Assembly: GCA_039621445.1 (NCBI GenBank) | Contig: CP154954.1 | Location: forward strand, 43,212,632-43,276,631 | From: Euglena gracilis | Lineage: Eukaryota | Reading direction: 5' to 3' | Length of the DNA stretch: 64,000 nucleotides | In this document: positions 46,077 to 64,000 of the stretch, piece by piece | How positions within the stretch are numbered: position 1 is the stretch's first letter | Layout: the number at the start of each line of letters is the position of its first letter | Translations under genes and position numbers: made by a program | The notes under the pieces: generated by a model | The model's input: the letters and a program-made list of their open reading frames with translations, nothing else | Database searches by the model: none | What the model was told of the DNA's origin: nothing

Positions 46077-47526
46077 GGTGCCGTGGTATTTTAACCCCAA
46101 AGACGTTTATGCGATCTGGTTTGGTTTGGTTTGGGCTTTCGAAAGGAGGTCATATGTAGGGGGGGGGGGGCTCAGGCCGACCAACCAGACATTCACAACC
46201 CCCCAAAAAGGCTCCGGTTGTTGTTTTTTTTCATTTACCACACCACCCCCAAAACTGATTTATTGCATTTTTATGTACCGACCCTCACTCAGGGAGATAA
46301 AGACAAAATCTGTGAGGGGTGGTGTTTTTCGCCCACAAACAGTGCTGCAAAAAAATCTCAAAGCATTAATCTGAATGGTGCACATTTTCCACCTCCCTCC
46401 TGGGGCCGAAACAAGACACTCATTTTAAATCCCCCCCACGTATAACCCGCGGGGTTATCAATGAAAGAATTATTGGTGAAAACACCAATTTTTGACAGAA
46501 ACGATTTAAATTAGCACTCTAACAACTCACGCTGGAAGCTGGTAACCTTAGTGTTGTGGAGTCCAGCCATTTGCTTCATGGGGAGCACTGTTTTTTCTGC
46601 TTCAGGAGGGGAAGGGCCAGTTCCCTCCGGGGAAGGAGGGAAGGGGGAGGGTTGGGGCATCCGTGGTGGGGGAGTGGGGGCGGAGCACAAGGCCGGCGCC
46701 GCTCCAGGCTCTGCTGCGAGTCACAGCCGCGGAAGAGGACCAGTGGGACGCGTTCTTCCCTGCCCAGGGACAGGCCCAACGGGTTGGCACCCAATTGTTC
46801 ATTTTGATCGGGGGGTATTTTCATTGCTGGTGTGTCTTACATATGCACCCATTTGTTGCAGGCACGTCCCATTCACACCTCACATCCACCTCAAGCTGTG
46901 TCCATGCCCCCCAGACCTGACAAACAAAAAAAAGAAGAATGCACCGTTCCATGCATACGCATTTGCATATTTTATTCGCATATATATTCGCATATATTCG
47001 CATATATATTCACATATCATATATTCGCATATGTGTGTGTGTGTGTGTATTTTCATATATATATTCGCATATTTGTTTCTCTTTTCCTCGTTTCATCGTT
47101 CCAGTTTGGGCCGCCTTGCCATCGACGTCACTCTGCCCAGCTCCGACGAGGATATCATTGTCTACTGGCCGGGGAAGGACCCATTGTGTCTCACGGTCCC
47201 TGAAGGGCGTTGGCCAATGGCAAACGCCACCTAAAGCCTCTGGGATGCACAGGGAGGACCCCCCGGCCTCCCCTCCTCCCAACACGGGCCCCACGGGGCC
47301 AGGGGGGAGGGGGTGACAAGAAGGACGAACCACATCGGGACAGTCCGGGGGCCGCCGCTGCCGTGAAACGTCCCCCCTCCCCCCCCCCCACGCCGTTCCA
47401 TCAATCCTCCCCCGCCGCCGCCACTCCGGCGTCCGCTCCGACATGGCGGCGAAGCACCTCCGCCGCCTCGGCTTCCAGCGCGTGGCGAACTACGCCGGCT
47501 CCTGGTCGGACTGGGCCCAGCCCTGA
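44327..47526 (+). CDS. Single-domain rhodanese (thiosulfate sulfurtransferase-like) with a probable mitochondrial presequence
   Basis: Exons 44327-44432, 45350-45427, 45765-45831, 46701-46761, 47124-47166, 47420-47526 splice in frame to ...LWDVRTPAEVQQGAIPTSQHVPL...DIIVYCHSGVRSDMAAKHLRRLGFQRVANYAGSWSDW. This has the DVR, G.IP, active-site CxxGxR and Y.GSW..W motifs. The N-terminus is Arg/Ala/Leu-rich with no acidic residues. Confidence 0.92.
45428..45764 (+). other. Non-canonical intron
   Basis: C|AGC-CAGGTGGC ... GCCGCCTG-TCTCT|G; gives PFRLWDVR. Confidence 0.85.
45832..46700 (+). other. Non-canonical intron
   Basis: CGCCGGCC ... GGCCGGCG-CC|G; gives QHVP|LQAL. Confidence 0.75.
46762..47123 (+). 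other. Non-canonical intron
   Basis: T|GCC-CAGGGACAGGCCCAA ... TTGGGCCGCCTTG-CCATC|G; gives AFFP|DVTLP. Confidence 0.8.
47167..47419 (+). other. Non-canonical intron splitting the rhodanese catalytic Cys codon
   Basis: T|GGC-CGGGGAAGGA ... TCCTCCCCCG-CCGCC|GC; T+GC = Cys of CHSGVR. Confidence 0.9.
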
Positions 47527-48191
47527 GTCCCCCTCCCCGTGCCGCCCCCGGCCGTCGCCCTGTGTCGCGCTGGCGACCTCGTCCCGGCCGCGATGGGCGA
47601 CTCGCCACTGGGCCCCGGCGACTCGCTCTGCACTGTGTTGATCCGTCCCCCGGCGTCCCTCCCGCCCGGCCCTCCCTCGCCGCCAGGTTGAGCCCCACCT
47701 CCGCCCTCTCCCCACACCTCTCCCAACTCCCCCGGGCCGGCCTTGACATATCCGGTGAGAAGACGACGACATATGCCACTCTGTGTCCTCCAGCCCCAGC
47801 TCTCCCAACGTCCTGCCTGTGCGTGTTTGCCTTGGGGGGGAACACAGCGTCCTCTCTGTCTACACCCTGGCCAAAGGAATCCAGCAAAACAGTTCCCCAG
47901 TACCCCCCCCCGTGGGTGGAAGCCCAAGGGATGGATTTGGGCCAGGAACGACACCCCCCCCCCCCACAGCCATGCCTCTAGCAGCCCCATTCTGCCAGTC
48001 TGCTCTCCAATGGGAACTCTGGGATAGCGCAATCGGAGACACAGCTGCGAAGGGGGAGGAAAGTCTGGTGGGAGCTGCGCTCAAGACCCTCCTGCTGGGT
48101 CGGGTCATTTGTGGCGTTCCCCGAGTGGTCCCTGGTCCCCGTTTGGCCCTCGGCAGTGGTCCCGCCATCCTTATGTAGGCCTGAGATGGAG

Positions 48192-48347
48192 AGGGGGGGG
48201 GGGGGGGGGGGGTGGGGGGGGGGTGGGGAGGGGGTGGGGGGGGGGGGGTGGTGGTGGGGGGGTGGGGGGGGGTGGGGGGTGGGGGGGGGGGGGGGGGGGG
48301 GGGTGGGGGGGGGGGTGGGGGGGGGCGGGGGGTGGGGGGGGGGGGGT
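48192..48347 (+). repeat. Poly-G/(GnT) tract
   Basis: ~155 nt of G runs punctuated mostly by T. Confidence 0.9.
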
Positions 48348-48393
48348 GCCATCTTTCTTGTCCGGCCTGGGGCTCGGGGGGGTTGCCCAGCAG

Positions 48394-51300
48394 GCCTCCC
48401 CACAACCCGCGCAACAACCCGGTCATCAACCGCCTGCACAACGAGGTCGGCGTGTCGCGGTCCCTCGGCCTGGTGCCGCCCCACGGCTTGTGTGTCTCCT
48501 CTGCCCCCCCCCCCACGAAGGGGTGACTGCGGAACCCCGCCGACGTGCATTTCTCCCTCCCCATGTGTTGCGGCACCGGCCCAATCAATGTGCATATTAT
48601 CGTATTACATTATCATATTATATCATATGATATTACATTATCGTGTTATTAAATATTAAACACATGTGATTGGCCTCGAACCTTCGGTGCCACACGTGCG
48701 CCTCTTCCCATCTGCCCCCCCCCCCAATGGCCGGCAGGCAGCCGTCCATTCATCCGGTGCCCCCGCAGCTCCCCGAGTGATACGTTCGGCGCGCGGACGA
48801 AGGAGGACCCGGAGGGGGCCGGGAGGCTCATGTTCCAGTGGCACGCCCCGCCGCCCCGGCCGGAGGTGGTGGACCACGGGCGGGACTTCAAGCGGCTGAA
48901 CGCGGTGGCGGTGCACCGCGGCGTGGCCGAGGGGGCCCCCGTTGCCTGCCCCCTCCCGACCCTCCAGCGCGCACCGCTGGTGTCGAGTGTGGTCCAGTGG
49001 TGAAACTTTGACCCGACCGCCAGCCATGGACAACCGTCCAGCCGGCTGTTGGACTGACAGGCACCCTGACAAAATTTATGGGATTAAGTTCATTTCTTTA
49101 AACAGAGAACGGCGTGGGGTCGTGTTTCCGTGTATTTGCACAGCAGCGCTTTGTACGTTGTGCATGCGCATCCGCACATTTGTACGCCTGCACACACGTT
49201 TGCCCGCATGAAACGTGTCACAGAACAGCGGCTCCCGTCCAATGCTTCGGACGTCGCCCAGTTCCGGGCCACTCACGATTGCCGGCTGACCACCAAGCCC
49301 GGCATGGTGCTGCGGCTGAAGGGCCAGGCGTGTGCCCCCAAGCCCGATCACGGTCTCACGCTGGTCAAGGGACGAAAAGACAAGTGAGTCGTCGGTGTCG
49401 ATGGTCGATGGAACTCAGGTTTTGTTAAAAATAGAGTCGCAGGATGAGTGGGTTCTGCTGGATGGACGAAGCGGACGAGTGAACCAAGGCCGGCAGAAGG
49501 GGACATAGCTGTTCACCTTACATTTCACATAACCCGACGCTCTTAGGCGGCCTAATTTGCATTTAAGCTTTCTTCTTTTTATTTGCGCATTTGCGCAAAT
49601 TTACGAATTTTTTGATTCTGCTTTGATTCGGCTGTGAAGGTCAGGGGGGTTTGAAAACACGTTGACAAGAGAGTGCAAAAAATGAGCGAAATTCTGTTTT
49701 TGGCGGTATGACCCCCGGGACTTTGGCGGAAAATGGTGTTTTGGGGGTGTGCGGAAATGGACTTTGTAGGTCGAAACCCCCGGGACCTTGCCGGCCCACA
49801 CTGAAAAAAAACGCAAAAAAGCACCATAAGAACGGGACCTTTCCTGCCCTTGTTGCTTCTTTCGGCTGTGTCCCCGGGTGTGCCCGAGCTGCCCGTGGTG
49901 TGAGTCCTGGGTGTTTGCCGGACTGCTTTGCTTGCGGCGCCTTGGTGTGGTGTTTTGGGGCTGTTTGTTAAAGTGCGGGGAGGAAGTGCCGGGGGGTGTG
50001 GGTGTGGTGTGACGGACGAAAGGGAGAGGAGGGTAAGTGCGGGGTGTTTGGCAAGGGAAGCGCAGGGGGGAAGGAATAGGGTCCGCAGGGAATGAAGGGG
50101 ACGGGTGTCTCACACCCGGCTTATACCCGGGATCCGCACAACCAGTTGTGTGGCAAAGAACCCAGCGGAAGAAGCCCAACACTGGAAGGGCAAAATTGTG
50201 TTTATTTGCGCAAATGCGCGCACCAACACGTTTGTGTTTATTTGCGCAATTGCGCAAATAAACATAAACATGTCCTTCAGGGATTGGGCTTTGGCACCCA
50301 TGAACTGACGCTGTTGATAAACGGCGTGACATAGGGGCCGTGACGGCATGGACCAATGGGCCGTCCAGTTGGTGGGTTTGTCACAGTGTTTGTCAACGCG
50401 CAAGCTTATGGGCGCAAATGCGCGCACAAACACAAATTATGTTTATGCGCGCATTTGCGCGAATGCGCAAATAAACATGTTCTTTGTTTATTTGCGCATT
50501 TGCGCAAATAAACACAAAGAAGAACGGTGTGACGGAAACATAATTGTCAAACACCGACAGCAGATGTGGTTTATTTGCGCATATGCGCGCATCACCCGTT
50601 GTTTGTGGGCGCAAATGCGCAAATAAACTGCATGAAGAAACTGCACAATTTATTATGTTTATTTGCGCATTTGCGCCCACAAAACAACGTGATGCGCGCA
50701 AATGCGCAAATAAACCACCAATGGAGAAGTAAAAAGCGATTTCATTTGGCCCTCCTACAGCTACCCTTAGTGGCTTCTGAATGGGTTCAACCCAAATGAA
50801 CACACCGTCTTCTCCAGCATATGGTGTTATTGCGCTGTTTTTTTACCATTGACAGGTCCCACAAAAGATGGAGACATAGGATCTCTTGAAGGTGGGTTCA
50901 CAGCCACCCAGTAACGGTGCACGTCCACTGGCACCAATTTTTGGGTCCCAAGGGCCCTGCCGCTGGCCTGCGGCCTCGGCTCCGCTGTTGCAGCCACATC
51001 AGCTGCTGATGCTTCAGCACCCACCAGACCGGCATCGACCTCCCCGGTGCAACAACACCCACCACAGCGGCCACGTTATTCCCCGCAACTGGGGTGTAAG
51101 ACTGGGGGGACGACGTGGTGCCAGTGCATGGCAACCAGCAGCTGGAGAAAGGTAGCCCTCAAACACCCGTTACTTTGGGTGCAAGGAAGCCTTGAAGCTT
51201 TACCACTGCATTGGGTGCATCAAAGCGGTGGGACTCACTCCCCCCAAATTATGCACAAAAACTGGTGTTTTTTTACATTTTTCAAGGGAAAAATGGCAAA

Positions 51301-53143
51301 GAAAACCATAAAACGGACTCCGGCCGGACACGTCCCGGGCATTTCAGGTGCCAAATTTTGTCTTCTTGTAACGCAGTCCTGTTGCAGAAAAGGAGTCGAA
51401 CAGTCACAGGTCGTTTGCACGTCATCAATTCATGACGTTTAACTGCTAAACAGATGACGTCAAAAACAACAGGCCGTTCGGGCGGGTAACAACAGTGCAA
51501 ATGTACACACGTAAAACAGGCAAATTTTGGCTAGTCACATGCCGTGTTCCAGTGAACACTCCACACCACCTCTTACCACAAATTTCATCACCACGGAGGA
51601 ATTGCGTTCGTCAGCTGTCACGGAGGAGGAGATGGTATCGCACAACTGATGTGTGTTGGTGGTGCGCGCATTTGCGCAAATAAACACAACTTTGTTTGTG
51701 TGCTCTAAGGCTCCTGCAAACACATCATTTTAAAGCGGTTTATTAAATGTTTGTGCACACCAACATGTATTTTTATTTTCTATGTTAAAAGACACCAATG
51801 AGGACCATGACCCTACGAGGTTTTTAAACGTGATGGGCGTGTTGGTGCGCGCAATTGCGCAAATAAACACAATTATGTTAGTGCGCGCATTTGCGCAAAT
51901 GCGCGTGTCAAAAGAATTTGTTTGTGCGCGCATTTGCGCCCACAAACACATCATTTTATCGTCATCGGTTTACGTTTTATTTGCGCAAATGCGCCCACAA
52001 ACACAATTGTTTTTATTTGCGCAAATGCGCCCATAAACGCACATCAGTTGCGTGATGGCTGGCTGACGTTGTCTGTGGTGTGTGATCTAATGAGGCTCTG
52101 TGTGTTCTTACCGGTGGCGGTAGTATCCAAGTCAGTTCAGCCAGCACGTCAGCACCATTTCCAAGTGTCGTAACACAGGGTGTGTGCCTCCCTCCCGTTT
52201 GATGTACAAGAGCACCACTCTCACCCTCAGCCATATCCAGGTCGCTTGGTAAGCAGCATTTACATCAAACCACTGGGAGTTAATCCCCTTCAATACAGGA
52301 GTGTCACAGCTCATAATCTGTTATCCCTGTGTCAGGGTACAGGGTCCACGATTTTCGCAAAATTTGCGCATTTGCGCAAATGCGCAAATTCTAAAGGAAA
52401 AACCCTTAAGTGCGAATTCGGCCGCCTAAGACGCTGAACGTTTGGCATGGAGGCTGCCGGGCTCGTTCTACTTCATTCCCAGAGTTGAGCTGTGGCAGGA
52501 CATCCTGTTCCCCCCGCCTGCCTTGTCGCTCTCGCTGTGCTGCCACAGTGCCCCACCAAACAGGACGTCGACCACACTTACGGGGCTCCTCGACCAGTCT
52601 ATTGCTTACAGGTTCGCACTACCCCAGGGGGGGGGGGGGGCTGGACTGCAGCCAGTCCAAATTTGGCTGGCGGAAATCCTTGTGGACCCCAGCCACTAGG
52701 CCAGAGCCAGTGCCAGGTCCACCAGACTACAGCCAGTGGACCCCACGGGGTCCTTAAGCAATGGCCTGTCCTCGACCAGTGGAGCCACCTGAGCGCAGCC
52801 CCCCTTGCAGGATTCCCTTGCTGTTGTTTGGCCTGCTCCAGGGGGCTTCCCCCTGCCTTATTTGTGCCTCTCAGGCCGGGCCCCCCCCCCCCCCGAAGTT
52901 GTCAACCGCCCCACCTGCAACGCTCCCCTGCGCCGAACCCACAAACCGGACCCAAAAGCCCACGGGGGTTGTGGCGGAGAAGTCATAGCGGGAAACGGTT
53001 TGGTCTCCTCTCGAACCTTGGGGATCCGTAACGCGAAGATGCAACGGAGGGCCGCGTGTCCCATCGGGGACCTCCTCAGCCACTCCTACGAGCATGAGTG
53101 GCTGGAGGCCCGCGACAAACGGCTGGCAAAGGCAACGCAGAAG
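48394..53143 (+). CDS. CFAP77: CFAP77 (C9orf171/DUF4483)-like flagellar protein; both ends unresolved
   Basis: Exons give NPRNNPVINRLHNEVG, TFGARTKEDPEGAGRLMFQW...GRDFKRLNAVAVHRGV, ASDVAQFRATHDCRL and CPIGDLLSHSYEHEW. These match the recalled CFAP77 motifs RDF..LN..AV..G, QFR..HD.RL and P..DL..H.Y..EW. Confidence 0.75.
49542..52430. mobile_element. 2.9-kb non-autonomous DNA transposon with ~70-bp TIRs and 5-bp TSD, in a CFAP77 intron
   Basis: CTTAGGCGGCCTAATTTGCATTTAAG / CTTAAGTGCGAATTCGGCCGCCTAAG; ACGCT on both flanks; many ATTTGCGCAAAT palindromes. Confidence 0.85.
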
Positions 53144-56100
53144 GCATGTGGCTCACCTCCCTCCCCACACTGGGCACGCACACTCCACACATTATGACTG
53201 CTCCAATGTGCATCAGAGTTCATACAGTTCCCTCCAACCCGTTTCTTCTTTGTGTGCGTGCTATACCTCCCCCCCTGGTGCTTGGCTCCCCTCCTCCTTT
53301 CATGCAAAGTGGTCCATTTGGTCTGGGCTTTATCTTGCGACCTTGGCCGCGCTTTTTAAGGTTTTTTGTCCCATTTTTTCTTATTGTCCCGAGATTCTCA
53401 GGATGACAAAACTTGGCCCCTCAAGGTTGGCCCACCGGCTTTACACCTTCAGTCCAAACGGGAAAATGTTCAGATTGCACCTGTGGCTGCGCGCCTGTGT
53501 GCTTTCACACGTCCATGCACAAGTTCATGTGCATCTTCATTGCAGAAAGCAGGGGACCGCCCGGCCCAGGACACGTCTCAGCCGAGCAGCCCACACAGCC
53601 CGACCCGGTGTGCCTTTGTGTTGGGCTTGAAAGGAGTGGAGTGTAAGATGGCCAAGAGCAACAGGGCAAAGGAAGTGAAAGCAGAATTGGGGTGAAAGGT
53701 TTATTGCAAAATTTTGAGTGAAATTTTAAACCTGTCCTTCTGCGGCTGCTGAGCATTTCTGACGTTTTGATCTTTATTATTTGTGTAGTTCTATTTTTTT
53801 GGCGGCGTTGACCCACCGTTCAGGGTTGCTTTCAAAAAAACATCTTGCGGCAGTTAATCCCCCCAAACAATACCCCCCCCCTTGGGCTCCGACTTCAACC
53901 GAAAAATATAATATCCACCATCCCCCTGATTTTGTGCTGCTAACTTCGATTTTCACCTGAAAAATGTGGGTGCCAACTTTTATTTTCAACTGAAAATGTG
54001 GTTGACAATGTCCAAAAGTGCAGAAAATGGCCAAAAGGGTGGTTTTGTGTGTTATTTTGGGTCGCATGGATTTTCGAAAATGTTAAAGGAATAATCCCCC
54101 CAAATAATACCCCCCCTCGGGCGGCGACTTCGGGCGGATAAATAATACCCATGGAGGGTGTTATTTGGGAGGGGGGTTTACAAGAATTTCTTATTATTTT
54201 TGGATCCTTGCTGCGACCAGCGTGGTGTGTGACAGGGTGTGCCGCGTGCCGCTCACCAACTCCATGGCGAGGCTGGAGCCGGCTCGCCTCTCCCCGGTAC
54301 GCGAACGGCACGCCGCGGACGTCATCGACGAAGACTGCCCCTGACCGACAGTCCCCTGTACGTTGCTACTTCATATGCAACCCTCTGGACCTCAGGTTTC
54401 CGGCTGCTGCGAAGAGAATTTGGCTGATCGTCAAACATGTGGTCTGGTGCCTCACACCGGTTATTTTGTCACCCTCCTCCAGACAGGGGGAAGATCGCCA
54501 AAAAATAGTGCAGAAACCACAAAAGGGAAACTGGTGCATTGGGTTAGAAAATCCATGAAAAGGACAGCCACGCACTGTTGTGAAAGTTGGCCCGTAGGAA
54601 TGCCATTGATCATTTTCAATGCATTCCCAAGGCGATTTTGGTTGAGAGGTTCTGGCTGGACCCCCAAGCAGAGGAAGGATTCCGTGCCCTCCAGCCAGCT
54701 GGATGGATGCCTTTTTGTCCCAAGAAGACATTTCTGATCTCTTTCGTGTTTTATGTCCAGGAGAAGGAGCTCTCTGGAGGTTCTGAGGAGGTCCCAAACT
54801 GTCGGTTTTGAGAAGCTCTGGGGGGCTGCTCCATATCTCCCACGCCTCATGAAGTGAAAATCCGGAAGTGGGGAGGTGGGCAAGCTCCAATGGCCTATCA
54901 TTCAAAGGCCTCTGCATTCTTTGAGCCAGGCACACGTGCGAAACCCGTGGAGCCTCCAGCGGTGCTTTGTCTGTCTGTTTCCCCAGTGGCTGGTTTGTGA
55001 CAAGGTGCCATTCACCTCAGAGGCAGCACCAGGGTTCGATACAAGGCGGTTGTCATGGCAGGGGGACACCCCCCATTTCCCAACCCTCTTTTACAGCAGG
55101 TGGGTCCGGACCACCCGCACCTGCCAAGGGGGTCCAAACAGGCCCCCCCCCCCAAAAAAGGTCTGTTTTTTTTAAGTTCTGGTGTTTTGTGCCCAAAAAA
55201 GCTTTGCAGTTTCGACAAATTTTTGCCAGAAAATGCCCAAACCCACCTTTTGGGTCGAGTTTGGGTGGCAAAAAATTTTCGGCTGAGCCGAAAATGGGTC
55301 GTCATGACTGCAGCAGTGTGCAGGTGGGGGGGGGGGGGTTCCCCCACCTCCTTGGCCTGGGGGTCTGACCCACCACCCCCCTGCCTTTTCATCGTCCCCT
55401 GGCGGCACCCCCTTCCCGCAATATTTGTCTGTCGTTCCCCCGGCCCGGTGCTGTTCTTCTGTTGTGTGTTTTGCCGGCGATGGGGGTGCCTGACCGCCCC
55501 CGGCGGCCCCCCACGCCACCCCCAACCCCACTCCCCCCCGGCGACCTTTGGTCAGGTGGGGTTTGTTTAACCTCCAGCCACATGCATCATTGGAAGGGGG
55601 GGAGGAGGGGTGAGAACCAGGATGCGAGAGGCAGAGAGAGTATGTAAATGCTAACCAAACCCAGGACTTCAAAAAAATGCCCCAACCTTCAAAAGCTGAA
55701 TGTTTAATTTAAAACTGCTCTAAAGGAAGGCAAACCCCCAATACCTTTTCAGGCCTTCGAGAGTCCTCCAGACCCCATGTTAACAAATTGACTGACCTCA
55801 AATCTACTTATTTTTTAAGGCAGAATTCTCCCCCAAAATTCAGGTTTTAATTCATTTTTAAAAATTTTGAATGGCTTTTAAACCCATTCTAAGAAGAATA
55901 TGAACAGTTTTCCATGTCTTTTCAAGAAATGTGTACCGTCAGGGTAGGTCCTTAAGAAATTTACATGTGTTTGCATCTTTGCATTTTGGCATTCTGGCTT
56001 TTTTTTGCTTATTTTGAGGTGCGTTGTTGTACCTCCCCGTCCGTCACCTTCTTTGATTGCTGAAAAAAAAAATCCAGAATGAACCGGGGGGAAATCGCGG

Positions 56101-57017
56101 CGCAGTTTTCGCATTTTTGTGCATTTTTTTTTCAATTTGTGTCGGTGCATTTTGGGGTTTTCGCAATTCTGGAAATCGCGGCACATTTTGTAATTTTTTT
56201 TGATTTTCCTAATTATGTGGTCGTTCATTGTTGTGTTTTTTGCATTATTTTGAATTTTTGGAAAATGTATTTTTCCTCATATTTTCATAAAATTCTATAG
56301 ATCCACCTTCCCGCCAGAAATCTGTCACCTCGGCCATTGAGTCTTGTACCCTCTGGGTTGCTACGTTGGGGGGAATGGCGTTGGACACAAAATTTATGGA
56401 AGGTTTCAAAAATGACACCTGTGTGTTTTATCATCAAGAAAAAAATGTAGTAGAAGCTTGGAACTGCAAAAGCGTCGTCATTTTCCACCCCGTGTCATCT
56501 GGCTGTCACACCCCCCATCAGGAAGCTGTCATTTGGACCATGCATGTACAAATATCACAAATGTATACGCATACACAAAAACTTCAAATGCACACACAGA
56601 CATATTCATATTCATGCAGGGCGATAGTATTATTATGGAGTTATGCCAGATCAAGATTTTAGTAAAGTACCCAAATTTTACCACAGTTTGCCATCATTTT
56701 CGGCTGGTATAAGTTTCCCACACCCTCTTCCATGAAGCCTCAGGCCAAAACGGTCGAAAATGGACCGAAAATGACAAACAGAATGACAAAAATGATAATA
56801 AAAAGGCGAATAAATGTTGGCAAATATTGATTTTTAATGTCATTTTTGAGGAGAATAACCTGAATTTGTCCCGGTTACTCAATGAAAAGCGGAGAAATAA
56901 TTTTGGTAATTTCAGCATTCGACAGCTTGTTAGTACTGTTCTTTGTTATTTGGCGATCTTTTTACCGTGATTTTCTTAACGTAATCGTTGGCTAACGTAA
57001 TTTTTGTCTACCCCGTG

Positions 57018-57275
57018 CAGGGGTTTTTTTAGTCGTGGACCCCCGGGGGGGGGGGGTCCGGCCGACCCCCCCCCCCCCCCGGGGGGGGTCCCCCCAGAGG
57101 GGGGTGGGATATACTTTTCAGCGCCAAAGGCGCCGAAAAAAATGCTATTTTTAACATTTTTCGCGATTTTTTCGGCCATTTTTTGTGGGTCCCCCGGGAC
57201 CCCCTCCCCGGGGGGGGCCCTCCAGGGGGTGGGTGGGTTGGGGGGGGACCCCCCCCAGTCTTAAAAAAACCCCTG
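57018..57275. mobile_element. hAT-like MITE with 8-bp TSD
   Basis: TIR CAGGGGTTTTTTTA / TAAAAAAACCCCTG; flanked by ACCCCGTG on both sides. Highly similar to the copy at 60438. Confidence 0.92.
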
Positions 57276-58521
57276 ACCCCGTGTTTTACGCAACCGGCCG
57301 CTTGGTGTGCACGCCCCACTTGCCTCCGAGCCCCCATGCCCCCTGTTTCCCATCTGTCTTTCGTCCCTGAGGGACCCTTTTTGCGCTGACCGTCAGGCAG
57401 CCCACACACCCCGGGGCCCCTCCGTCATCGCCGCATCAGAGGGCTGGGCAGCCCCCTTTCCGTCCCAGGCTGGCCCGTCCCTGCCCGGCCCCCCAAAGGC
57501 CATCGCCCCATGCCACGCCGGTGCCCCCCTCCTCTCTCTTCTTCGCCCCATTGTGTTCCGTCATGCTCCGCTCTGGCCTGCCGGACACTGGTTGTGACCC
57601 TGAGCCGGCGATGCGTGCCTGTGCTTGAGGAGCAGGTGGCATTCTTCTCAGGTCACGCGTGACCAGAGTAACGTCACATGCAAATCACTTATTTTTAGGG
57701 TGGCTCCACCCTATTTTAAGGGAGACTCCAGTCCCCCCCCCAGAGAGGGAAGTGGTTGCTGGCGGCCACAGATGTGGTTAAAGGCGGTCGCCCATCAGCC
57801 GTCAGCAGGCAGCAGGCGGCACACAGACACGTTTTGAGACAGCGGCACCTTCAGACCCAAGCACTTATAATGTAGGTGCACACTGCGGCAATGGTGGTCT
57901 CCTAGCCATGGAAGCTCGCAGAGGACACTGTCCAAGGCATTTGTGGAAGCTGTACGTAAGCGGGTACCGGGTACCCGCTGATTCACCACATTGGAAAGTC
58001 CTCCTGGAAAGTTGTCACCTCGGCGTGTACCACCCCACCAACCTGCTACTCGGCGTGCACCAACCTTCTGGGTGGGGGGCTAGTTTCTCTGGTGTGGGGT
58101 TGATGGCAGTTGCTGGTCAATCCTGTGCAGCCCCTCGTGATGGCCCCTCAATGATCTGCTCCCAGAAACACACCCCGAACTGCGGACACTCGCCAGTTGC
58201 CCCGCTTCACCAAACCAACTGTTCGCGTCCTTTCAGACCAGTGGGGAGGCGTCAGTGGAACCGTCCCACTGCATCAGCTCGCCGCCCTGTGGGTGGAGGG
58301 GTGGAGGAAGAAGGGTGGACAGCGGTGCGGACTGATTGGCATCGAATCTTGACGCGGCCAGAGATGGTCAGCCACAAACCAGAGAGTGGTGGAGGAACTC
58401 AATCCTCGGCCACTGTCCTTTGGGGGGGAGGGGGTTGCCCCTTCACATCAACGAACGGTTTTTCACAGCCCCCCTGTGCCCCCGCAGGGGTGTTGGTTGC
58501 TGGTGTTGCCCTCCCCCCACG

Positions 58522-63930
<5,409 letters not shown>

Positions 63931-64000
63931 GTGCACACACACACACGACACATGCACACGCAGCAAAGCACAAACACACGCATACACACAACCCACCATA

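Noticed and set aside
51235-51420. Minus-strand TCDC...C resembling a SWIM finger of a transposase remnant
   Set aside because: Too short, with no CxH in frame and no DDE region recognisable; it would need a tBLASTn/HMM hit.

Overview
Eukaryotic nuclear DNA, most likely from a euglenid (Euglena-like). Short GC3-rich exons are separated by a mix of canonical GT-AG introns and non-canonical introns whose ends base-pair in a fixed register (intron +4..+6 with -8..-6, often CAG...CTG). Most ORFs in the supplied track are spurious. Splicing by hand gives seven genes, all on the + strand: a SAM-domain protein, a bestrophin-like membrane protein, a claudin/PMP22-like 4-TM protein, a 4-RRM protein, a single-domain rhodanese, a CFAP77-like protein and a secreted COLFI-like (fibrillar collagen C-propeptide) protein. 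Introns and spacers contain (GT)n and (TA)n microsatellites and nested non-autonomous DNA transposons. The main observation is that free hAT-like MITEs here have CAG...CTG ends and 8-bp target site duplications (TSDs). The non-canonical intron geometry (3 nt + stem + 5 nt = 8 nt) would remove such an element plus exactly one TSD. Junctions are inferred from sequence and protein sense only and may slide by a few nt.
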